Of a DNA stretch of 64,000 nt, positions 46,236 to 57,400 are shown one piece after another. The notes beneath the pieces are model-generated. The model was not told where the DNA came from. It did no database searches and was given only the letters and a program-made list of their open reading frames with translations. Source of the DNA: Phoronis australis (taxonomy: Eukaryota > Animalia > Phoronida). Within the stretch, counting starts at the first letter, position 1. Each line of letters opens with the position of its first letter. A program made the position numbers and the translations under genes. Where the stretch lies: assembly GCA_002633005.1 (NCBI GenBank), contig NMRA01000266.1, positions 516,869 through 580,868 of the forward strand, in the 5' to 3' direction.

Positions 46236-46483
46236 CGCGAAACCAAGATATAATCCGTTAAGTGTGTGTTTCATTAATTGTAGGACGCGAAACCAAGATA
46301 TAATCCGTTAAGTGTGTGTTTCATTAATTGTAGGACGCGAAACCAAGATATAACCCGTTAAGTGTGTGTTTCATTAATTGTAGGACGCTAAACCAAGATA
46401 TAATTCGTTAAGTGTGTGTTTCATTAATTGTAGGACGCTAAACCAAGATATAATCCGTTAGTGTGTGTTTCATTAATGGTAGG
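46236..46483. repeat. 50-bp minisatellite, 5 copies
   Basis: Unit acgcgaaaccaagatataatccgttaagtgtgtgtttcattaattgtagg. Confidence 0.95.
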
Positions 46484-47419
46484 TTCCATGCATGCATAGT
46501 CTTATCTATTTTGTGATTTAGTGCAAGGTCCACTCTCTATGTGACATCATCGTACCGATGCAATACAGACATCTACATGTACATCTTAACTTCTCCATTT
46601 TACGGCTCTAACAAAGTTTCGGGTAAAGCAAAACCTCGGCTACCTGGGATTGCTAAAAATCTCCCAAAAATACAAAGACGTGTCAATATTATCCGGATAG
46701 CGTTGCAGACATATCTGCTAGTATGTTGCGAAATCCATTTGCGGAGAGACGAAAACACGCGTGCGATTGCCGTAAATTACTAAACTTTGTCTATATGTTA
46801 TTTTTGGTCATCCGCGATACGTTGCCCGCTCAGGTATATCGCCATTCGCAGAAAGGTGAATAATGCTGTTGAGTGAGTTGTTTTTACAGGAGAATAAAGT
46901 CTATACAAACGTTCGACAATGATCAGTAATAATTTCTCTATATTAAGAAAGGCCTCCCACACCCTGTTTACTATTATCTAGCTGCATAAATCCGTACAGA
47001 GACAATTTAAAAGAAAAGGGGTTAAAAGGAATAGTACAGAAAAAATATGGACCTCGAATTTTACAGTGAATGTACAACGTACAAGCACTCTGGATTTTTA
47101 ATCGCTGCGTAAAATATCTTTCAGCTGTAAATTCTCCAAGTATTTGGGGCTTGTACCGTTGAAAGACGAGACTTGTAAATTCTTCCAATAAAGAGAGTAT
47201 TAAAGGAACGAATGTCCTCCAAGATGTGGGTTGACAAGGGAAAAGAAATTTACAATATTGAGGTTTGGGCGTATCGTAGGATTCCCATGACGAAGTTGGT
47301 TTTATGTTGAATACTTTGGAACTGGTTTCCTATTGGGTTGATTTAGCTCAGTTGTGGTACTCCATTATATTTTGTCTGGCAGACATATCACACCACTGAA
47401 ACTGTCGGGCATGTAACGG

Positions 47420-47825
47420 ATGTCTCGTGTGGAGTGATGCTGAACGTTGTGGGCTTTAACGGGTTACGTGGTGGGTTGATCCAACTCAACTCTGAGGTTT
47501 GGGCTTGTCTGGCGAGGTTAACCCACCCAACTGAATTTGTCTGGCAATGTTCTTTCATGATACACGGGATTATGTTGAATATTTTGCAACCGATTTCATG
47601 GGACACCCAACCACTAAAATTGTCAGGTATATAACTGCTGCGCCGCGTGGAGTGATGCTGGATGTTAAACAGTTGGTTTAAATGGTTACGTGGTGGGTTG
47701 GGTTAGCTCAACTCGGAGGTTTGGTTGTGTCTGATGAGGGTAATCCACACCTGAATTTGTCTGGCTACGTTCATTCACGATTCATTGGTCTTTCTTGAAA
47801 AATTTGTAATCAGTTTCAGGTACCT
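47420..47825. repeat. Old, diverged ~220-bp tandem duplication
   Basis: Shared blocks gtggagtgatgctg, ggttacgtggtgggttg, ctcaactc.gaggtttgg, ctgaatttgtctggc at ~220-bp spacing. Confidence 0.75.
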
Positions 47826-48444
47826 GTAGTTATAACAGCCTGGCTGATGTTTCCCCCACCACAGGAAATTGGCTGGTAATTTTGATACAGTGAATTGAGT
47901 AGTAGGTGTTGCAGGTATTTTTAAGTGGTTACCAGAAAAGTTGACCTAGGTCAATTTTTGCGTGCTTGCGGCGTACACTACATTCGTGCATGCATGCATG
48001 CGCCTGCGTGCTCATGTGTGTAGTCAGTCAGATCGAGACTTAGGAGGCCCTACCCAGATGGCGCGGTGGCACTGGGCTTATGACAGATGATTTCGTTGTT
48101 ATTGTCCCAATGGTTATATTCCTTGCGGCCATGCACCTGCATGTCAGAGCACAAAATGACGACGCGGGTAGCTGTGAAAAAGCAGCCTGATCTCAAGCAG
48201 TAATGAACTTTTGGAGCCATCAGTTCCCTTCATACCTTTGACTCGTTGTGATGGTAGACAGCGGTTTGACATGGCCGCTTAAAATATGGGTCAGTGAGAA
48301 TACGGGGCAGGTAATAAAAAGTCACCCAAATCATAAATTATGTGGCAATGAGGACATTTCCTTGTTATTACAAATCATAGCCATACAAAACATGTCGCAA
48401 ATGTTTGCGTCAGCGATGTTGTAATACGAATTTTGCCATGAATA

Positions 48445-48769
48445 CAGGGACGGATCCAGGATTTTGAGTTTGAGTTTGAGGGGGAGGGGGCAGTGGCGGA
48501 TTTAGAGGTGGCCAAGGGGGCCATGCCCCCTCATTCTCCCAGATCCCATTTGGCAGTTCGGGAGTGTGAATGACTGACGGGCAAAATCCTGGCTAATACT
48601 CTGCCCTGCCGCCCCTAAAAATACTGGATCCGCTACTATAGGGGACCAGGGCAGAGTACAAGCCATGCAGGATTTTGCCCGTCAGACATTCACACCTCGA
48701 ACTGTCAAACGCAATTTGGAAGAATTTTAGGAGAGACATACCCCCTTGCTGCCCCTAATTCTTCCACTG
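48445..48769. mobile_element. hAT-type MITE with 5-bp TSD and an inverted same-family copy nested at ~48491-48638
   Basis: gaata|CAGGGACGGAT...TTCCACTG|gaata. Confidence 0.75.
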
Positions 48770-49336
48770 GAATAAAATTAAATCTGACTTGGACATCACT
48801 CCACTTAAAGTTGTCAATTTCCAAAACCAGGGTTCAAACCAGTCTAGCTGAGCGCGTGTTATATACCTAATGTCAAAGCTATCTAACGGAGACCGGGACT
48901 AGTTCAACCCTTTTTTGAAAAAAGTGCAATATTGTAGAAACTATTTAAGCTGGTTCATCCATAAGCACTGACCGAGAATTGCAGTCTGTCAGCCAATATA
49001 TGGTGCAAATGTAAGCGATATAAGTGCACTCGTCTTGTAGCAATTTTCGTTTTAAAATGTTCACCTTCGGGGGCCCACCCTCGGGGCAGGTTCGGCCTCC
49101 TTTGCAGTACTCTTGAAATATACACATTTTTGCACAATTTTGTGTTGGTGTATGCCTGTTTATTTGTCCCAAAGGACCGTAAATTACACAAGAACTAGGG
49201 CTTGGATGTTAACTGTCTATTAAAAATACATCGCAAATATCATAATCTTCTACCTACTAAACTGATGATCGAATGCTACTTTTTTACTTAATGAGCTATT
49301 AAAAGTAAACAACGTGAGAGTTTAAACGCATTTGCG

Positions 49337-50730
49337 TTAGTCCTCATCCGAGTAACAGCTGTGACACACAAAGGAGGACAGCATCCCATCGTCAGCGCAT
49401 TCCTTATGGGTCCATTCTTTACATTCAACGCAGGGGGCCCACTTTTCTCTACTCCTGCTCTTAGAATATGGCTCTAGACAAACGACAACACTCCTGTTCA
49501 GACTCGTTGTCGAAAGATGAGGATGGCGATTTCTCTTCTTTTTGTTTTGGTTTTGTGTTAACAGCAGGCTTTTTGCAAGTATCTTCTTCTTTCCCTTAAC
49601 ACGTTCTTCTCTCAGGGTCTCATTTTCTGGTGTGTAGGTGAGAATGACCGATTTTCTCCGTTTTCTGCTTCCATCTGTGTTCTGAAACGGTGGAGTTGTA
49701 GGGTGTGATGTTACTGTCTGTAGTAGTAGTAGTAGTAGTAATACGCTTTATTCACGTTACGACAAAAATACAATTAATACAAATTTACGCTTACGGAGAT
49801 TCTGTGAAGGAGCCGAAGGAGCCACCAGAGAATAAAAATACAGTGTTACAGATAATCAGAATTACAAAATTATTTGATTATGTACTTGTGAAAAGACAAG
49901 GAGAGATTATTGAAAATAGTTACTCGCAAAGCAGTTGGGAATAGTGCACTCAAGTTCATAACTTTCAAAAACGTTTGTAAAATAATTTATAACAGAGGAT
50001 AACGAATGGGTAAAAAATTTTTGGGAAACCTTTCCAGGAAGGTTTTTAATGACATGAGGTAGGGCATTGCGAACTGAATTTTCAGCAAATGATTTAGTAC
50101 AACGAAGAGTTTTTAAAAGATGTTGTTTTCTAGGAATGTAATGTTCATGAACAGACCCACAGGTGGCGAAAACGACCCATTTCCTTGATTATCGACCATC
50201 ACGGGCTGCTGAATCCGATTCCAGGGATTGCTCAGGTTGGGTAGGCGATTCTGGGGGCTTAAAAACTGACCCATCGTAATGAGTACTAACGCCTGAACCT
50301 CGTAAATTGAGTCCAAGGCGTTGATGGATAGATGTGAATCGTGGTTATCAAGAAGAATGAGTACGGGAGCATCTTTTGATGGTTTGACATTTTCAACGAA
50401 ATGAAGAAGAAACATGGTGAAGTTGTCAACTGTCATTCAGCCTGATGTATGAGCGGTTCATTTTGAGCCAGCAGGTGCTCCATTTATAAAGTATTCCTCG
50501 AGAATAAATCAAGAAAAATGTGATGGTTTGACTGCTGCCCTTAGAGTATCTGATTCTCTTGATTTGGTGTTTCCCTTGTAATGTCGATTCATACTTAGGG
50601 AAAAATTCTGAAAAAATGATAATTAAAACTTGGCATTTTATTTGTTCAAGACCAGACGATAACCCGCAAATGTTGATCACAGCCAGACGGCTTACTTTTA
50701 ACCCGTTCTGGCTTCGCATCAGACATAGAG
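49337..50730 (-). pseudogene. DDE (pogo-type) transposase pseudogene with C-terminal PHD finger
   Basis: FINGAPAGSK*TAHTSG*MTVDNFTMFLLHF..PVLILLDNHDSHLSI; RRKSVILTYTP; VCLEPYSKSRSREKWAPCVECKEWTHKECADD..FVCHSC; stops and frameshifts. Confidence 0.85.
49719..50152 (-). mobile_element. LINE (CR1/L2-group-like) 3' fragment nested in the transposase
   Basis: Minus strand HEHYIPRKQHLLKTLRCTKSFAENSVR..THSLSS..YELECTIPNC, then AATAAA and (TAC)n tail. Confidence 0.7.
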
Positions 50731-52339
50731 TAAAACACTTTCACATTTTTAGGGCCCACAGTAACAACGTTTAAAAATCATGTTCTGTTCACAAACCTAC
50801 AAAATGACAATGCGCTACCAAAGAAACATATTTAAGATGAGTTTGTGCAATTTCATGATGAATAGTACTAATTAAATTTCCTAAAAAAAAACATTTATTG
50901 ATTATACATGTATATCAAGTACAGTGAACGGGGCAAGTTCGGCCCCTGGCCAGACTATAGCGCCATGTCAATGGGCCCAACTTGCCCCATTAGCTCTAAA
51001 TGGAAAACACACGTGATTACCTCATCAATCACTGAGAAATCTAAAGAAACACATGGCTTGTCTTGAAGAGCAAGCTGTTGTTGAAACCCACGAACAAAAC
51101 ATTTTTACATCACTGCTCATGGCTTATGGCCAGCACTGAATCGAGTGAAGCTCCAAAATTTACTCACCTGGGTTAAAAACCAATCGTTGCCTGTCAGATC
51201 AATAAAAAACACCCCGCCTTCGTGGTTTTAGTGTAGTGGTGCAAGTCGCGTGATTGCTCAAAATGACCGTGGCCGAAAGTGCACATATACTGTAATTGCG
51301 GGGTCATTGAGGCGGTGGCCCAACTAGCCCCGGGACCGAACTAACCCCAGGTCAGTAAGCACACATGCAGTATTTTCAGGCAGAAAAAGAACATGACATT
51401 AACTTGTAGATCCGGGCATCAAAAACAATGTCACATCAAATATCTTCCGCTGTTTCCGTCACTCGTAAATTGTATTTTTGTGAAACTAGTTTTGAGCGAC
51501 TAATTGCTCGTCAGTTCTTCGTGACCTGACTCGAGCGACAGCGCCACCTATAGACACATTGCATGGACCGTGGACCAGCTTGTACCAGTCCAGTTCATAC
51601 ATCTGCTTATTTCATAAGTGGGTCTTGACAATAAGGGGGCAGAAAGTGCAACGACTTTAAATGGGAATTCTAATTTTTGTTGTGGACATGCCTTTAGTAA
51701 AAACACAGATTCTTGAAGAGAAATGTTCCCCAGTTATAATATTACTGTTCACTTGACGGGTATTTTCCATTCACGGAACTATACAAAGTCACGTACCGGT
51801 AAACGAACAAAAGGGCTGAAAAATAAGTCTGTATTAGATAACACGATCGAGCGACACTGTGTTCAGTAGCGAAAACGAGTAGACTAAATTGTCACAATTC
51901 GCTGAAAGCGGAATCACTTGGAAAGGCGGGCCTTTTGGTCACGATTTTATTTTTTCCATGGATTGTGAATCCACTCCAGTTCAGCAGTAGCTAACGGAAG
52001 AGTGCACTTCTAACACGACTCACGTAATGTACGCCTCCTAGTGGCAGTTTTTTTGGAATGTTTTACATGCAGCCTGTTTTGGCTTTAATCTCCCTTATGA
52101 GCCAAACCACTCTAAGACGTACTAAAAAAAAAAAACAAAATAAAACGGTTGAGTTCTCCTTTGACCTGTTCATTCACCCAATTTTGAAAACCAGGCATTT
52201 TGCCCGGTTGCTGATCCCATTGTGAACAGTTAGTCATTCATTAACTGCGGTCACTCACCTAACTGCATATGAAGTCTAGCCCATTGTACCGTTCATCACA
52301 GTACGACACGACGTCTCTTAGTGCTTAATGTACGGTTAC

Positions 52340-52815
52340 AATGTACCTTGTCGTATTCCCAAAAGACTATGTAATTTACCGACTGCAACCCTACAATCTC
52401 GGAACTCAAACCTCCCGTAATTCGTTAGTTGGATCATAAAACTCAACATTTTGATTCCCCCATCCAACAAATTGTCATCAAAGGCCTGTATTATATTTGA
52501 AATTCCTCGCCTTATCAACTGCACTGAAACACCAGTCTCTACTCTAAATATAATAAAACACACTCTTTGAAAGCATTTTGCAGGTTTTTAACAACTTCAT
52601 AATTTGCAACTACGACCCAATCTGTCATATTCTCAACTGCTTCATGTGTAATAGTATCTAGAAATTTGTGTTCCGAAGACCCCAAGCTGTGCCAGTCCAC
52701 TAACTGATTCCTGGAGAGTCGGTAATTTAGCGCTACTTCACTTTGTTTTCAAGTTCATCTCTTAATTTTNTCATAATTTTAATCTCTTTATCGTTTGACT
52801 TATTTCACTTATTGT
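52340..52815 (+). mobile_element. LINE 3' fragment related to 49719-50152
   Basis: IPRLINC..THSLKAFCRFL/NFIICNYDPICHILNCFMCN* C-terminal Cys motif. Confidence 0.6.
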
Positions 52816-52950
52816 TATTGATTTTTCATTTTTTCATTTGTTTGTTTATGTAAAGGGGGATTTTTAGTTAGCGCAGGACAGAAATTCGATGACAAAGATG
52901 CTTTGAAAGATGATTTTGTCGGATTCAGCGCCTGTAAATTTATTCTTATA

Positions 52951-53223
52951 CAGCGGCGCACCCAGGGGAGGTTGGGGGGCTCGGAGGGCTCGAACGTGCC
53001 CCCCAATTAGGTGAATTGGAAAAAATGGTCCGCCTCAATGAAACACAAAGTCTGAGCAAACGATTCAAAAGTCCTCAAAGTCCACAGAAATCTGCCACGG
53101 ATGCACAGTTCGTAGGCCTGAACCTAGTGGTTCCCTTTTTTAGTCGTCATTGATTTTTTTCAGTGAAAGGTCCGCATACCGAAAAATTCGAGCCCCCTAC
53201 ATTTTAGACTGGGTGCGCACATG
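52951..53223. mobile_element. hAT-type MITE with 5-bp TSD (family of 44100-44358, inverted)
   Basis: ttata|CAGCGGCGCACCCAG...CTGGGTGCGCACATG|ttata. Confidence 0.8.
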
Positions 53224-54312
53224 TTATAATCCTTTAATACACAAAAATATTTGCCTAGTGATTGCAAAGCTGATCCTCCAAGGGGAACGCAAATTTTACG
53301 TAGTCCAACCGGGACTGTTATTTCCCGTCATAAATCATTAAGCTCTATGTACATCGATCAAGACTGTCTATTTATATTTTTGCATAACGTCACTTGTAGA
53401 GTTCTAAAACCTAGAATTCAACGTTAGAAATTGACGAATATTGAACAACGTCACACAATAACATACCCGTGATGCAACCAAACCCTGTTAACAAACACCT
53501 CGGAAGCGATGTGGTGAGCAACTTTTTGCCAGTTGCGATCTACTTCAAGAATGTCAAACTGCAGACAAACAGTATTTCAATTTTGACCAAAATTTAATGA
53601 TTTTTAAGGAATCCCCTGCCTCGGTGATTTTCTGCATTTTAGCAAATCATTTTGTTCGAGTACTGGAAAAATTTAACACGCGTTTAAATTGCTCTGTAAC
53701 ACTCCTTTCATATGCCTTTAGTAAAACACGGATTAGCTTTATTGATAGAAACTATACTATAGTACATTCTTTTCAGTACCGTAAACGAAGCACCTGCTGT
53801 TACTTTTCTATAGAGTGCGCCATGCCAAAATTTGTAAAAGCGTGCAAATGACACATTTTTATTGCCAAAAACATCAAAATCTCCATCTGCTTTTTGTGTG
53901 GTAGCCCATTATAGGACAGGTGCTCGGTAACATCCGACAGGTGCTCGGTAACATCCGTCGGCATTTCGCAAGATGTGACGAAACTGTGACACCTGCTCCA
54001 ATTCATGTCGACATCGAACTTCATTCGATGACCGTAAAGTTCATTACGAAAAACTCACGAGAAAGTAAAGGAAATCTTAAGAAATTCGCTCAAGCGAGTA
54101 ACATAAACACCCCTTTTAGCGAATGGTGTTTAAATAAATAATAGTTGTGTTATATGATGTTGTCATTATTGTTCATAACTTTGGTTACGTTTTCTGCTTT
54201 CCATAGAACCTATTGTTCAGCTAAGTTCTTCGCTATCATTTTAATTTCATTGAGACCTGCTGTTGGCCGATTATTGTAATTGTTCGCCCGCCAACGACAG
54301 TTGATTTGGAAA

Positions 54313-54438
54313 ATGGCGTCGGTGAACCACATCGTGCCATGTTTGATCGTGTGCTTCGTGATCACTCGCTTGGGAAAATGCGCGCCTGCAACTGGAAAAA
54401 TGAAGCTTCTTCTTGAAGAGGTCGTCGATAGCTTGAAG
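54313..54438 (+). CDS. Probable astacin exon 1 (signal peptide)
   Basis: aaaATGG context, MASVNHIVPCLIVCFVITRLGKCAP..., donor aag|gtaagg. Confidence 0.65.
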
Positions 54439-57400
54439 GTAAGGCAAGTAATTCCGTTGTTAATAAGCAGTGGCAGATTAAACATAAGACTGACGATGCC
54501 TCAGCTGATCACTACAGATATCTTATGAAAAAGCGGCAGCTGCGCAATTTACAATTTTGGCAATTAAAAAACACTAATTCTGGTTTTGACATACCGACAG
54601 ATAGTAACAACGACTTTTCCACCTACCTGACTAAAACAAAATGATGCCCCGTAACCCACGTTAATTCGCAAAAGTTTGGAACAAAAATTGAAAACCCCTC
54701 CTTACAAATTTTGGTGAACGGTCAAGCGTGACCTACATGTACTCTTCAGACGAGTTACATGTTAACGACAACTGTAGTCAGAAACACCCACCAAGAACCG
54801 TAACATATCCATTCAGTGACACAGCAGAGTGCGCTTGTTAGGTGAAACCTGTTTTGATCACTCAAAGGTCCTAATCTAAAGGGAAACGCAAGCCAACAGT
54901 TAAGTACAGTAATACACGTTTGTGTACTGCAAACTATCGAGACAAGAATCTTACACAAGTCTAGAGGTGAATCTTATATAATCGTAGCCCAGTGTCAAAT
55001 CCTGCCATGAAGCAAACAGAAGATCGAGCTTTAAAAATACCAAAAAACAGTAATAACAAGCTTTGTTACTTACGACACTGTGTGGGTATTACGTCAAACT
55101 GACAGCTCGTCCTTACGACTGTTTTCAATGTTAGTTATATCAAGTGTACATGTAACTATTCAGCTGTAAAAATAATCCAGTGTGCACTTCCCATTATCAA
55201 TTTTACGGAGTGATTCAATACAAAAGGACCGACTTATGGGATACGCAACTTTTTCTCAAAATTTCTATCACAATTAGGTTTTAAAATACCCGGTTTTGTC
55301 AAAAACGTGGAAAAATGTTTTTAAAATAAACGTCTGTAACTAAACACGGTTCAAACCTGAAAACGTGTTAAAAACAATGTGATTGCTTCAATCTTTGCGA
55401 AAAAATATCGTTCTCTAATCCTCACCAACTCCTAAAGTTTGGACTAAGTTAAAGAATTCCTTTGCTAAATCGAAATATTTTACTACAGGCGAAAAATACG
55501 TGATTGCAGGGCAAAACATTGCCAACGCCGACTCTCAGGATTCAGGCTCTGAGACGTTGGTAGAAAAATGTCATTATGTGTCAAACATGTATTTTCATAA
55601 GTTGATGGTGGTGTTTAAAAAATATTGAATAATTACGTAACGTGATCAGTACAATGACCTCAAAATCAACACCAAATTCAAATACAAACCAAACATCAGT
55701 GGAAATTATTCATTATTTTGCTGTTATCACAACAGGTGGCAGTTCACGATGAGAATATCTCATTTTATCATTTTATGTCACAAAATGTGGTATTATGAAC
55801 TCGTAACGATTGAGGATAGTGAGGGTAAACAAAATGACCAATTAGCCGTGAAGAGTCACGTCAAAAGGCAGGTGAACACCCCATGGCTTCCGTATGGACA
55901 GATGTTTGGAAAATGATGCACCTAATACGAAATGTATTTTTATCGGCTGTAATCTTAAATTAATAGAGCACAAACGCTCGCACATTCATTAACACGATTA
56001 CTAAGCTATTTTTAATTTGCGCTTTGTCACTGCAATCCGTGGTACACTGGTTACCCGTGCGTATATCAGCAGTGATTTATGAGCCCGATTTAACTCGCGA
56101 ACATCTGTGGGTTCAAATTTTTAAATGCTCGAGGTACTTTAGCATCTTCACGTTAAAACGACTAGAACCACACCTTCCGTCAAAAATAACAACTTTTGAT
56201 TTAGATCAGTTAGTTAAGGAAATTTTCTTAAACTGTTCCTCAATCGAAATAGACCATCTCTTGACTTGAAAAGCACTGACAGTTCGTTTTTGTTGAAGAC
56301 CAGGGTCTAAAGTTTATCACCGCGTGTCATTTTATTCGCCTGGCATTGTCACGAACGTTCAGTTCTTTGTAAATCCCTTCGTCTGCTTATTGAGACTACC
56401 AGTCTGTTGCAAATTAACCAGGGATTTCCGGCTACGTTTACAAACCCGCTGTTTATTGTAGACTTATTTTAGTGAGACCTGAGAAAATTTCTTTAATAAA
56501 AAAGTCCAATTCAACAAACTTTGATTTATTTTGTGTCTATCTTGACGAAGAAACTGAGGTCAGGTAAAAGTCAGTCTGTTCGACAGAAAGTATAAAAAAT
56601 AACACGAATATACAATATTAAATCAAAATAAAATTGAGCAAATCGTTTCAAGCATATCACATGTATTCACACTGCTGATTGAATAATGACCATTTAACAA
56701 CTGGAGATAGATCCCATTAATCATATACCCTTATAATTTACTCCTATTGCTTCAGCCAAGTGCTTTAAACACGTCATACACATTTTGAAGGACCACGAAA
56801 CAAGGCAAATTACGGAATATTTTAAAACTAGTCAACATGAAAGAGTACGGAACTATTCTCGCAATATTTTTTTAACTTCCCCAAGGCCCAAAGAATAATC
56901 TCTTAAAACTCGACTACGAAAACGGAGTCTTTTTTCGAACGAAATTAATTTTTCGTTCAAGCGTCTCTGCGAAAATATGCGGTTCGAATGCATATTTATG
57001 AGAGCTGAGAGCAAGTACATGTAACACAAGAAATTCTTAATTTTACGGCTTAGGTTCCTGGGGGTTATGTTTATTTCATTGATTAAGAAAAGCCATGTTT
57101 TCTTTCAAAATCACATTTTAAACTTGTCGTATAAAGTTCCTTTTAAAAACGGCAGGGTGACGGTTTGCCGGCTGAGAGAGAATTTGACGTTGCCACGGAA
57201 AGACTGCGGAAAGAACTTGTGCAACTGAGGGACGACTCTGACCGCACTAATGTGGAAGAATTAGTAAGTATGACGTAAAAGTAGACAAGAGAAATATGCC
57301 CTTTCTGCCCAACTAACAGTTTAATAAAAAGAAAATTACTTTTGGACATGACCATCGGCGGGTGGGGGCGCCACCACGACAACTACTACCGCCACTGACC

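Larger units (their letters stand above)
48886..51357 (-). mobile_element. Decayed pogo/Tigger-like DNA transposon (ends approximate)
   Basis: Repeated GGGG(C/T)(A/T)AGTT(C/G)GG motifs in inverted orientation near both ends; transposase remnants inside. Confidence 0.7.

Noticed and set aside
47731-47760. CTGATGAG hammerhead candidate in ~220-bp repeats (retrozyme idea)
   Set aside because: No GAAA after a stem II, and the motif is not kept in the sister unit.
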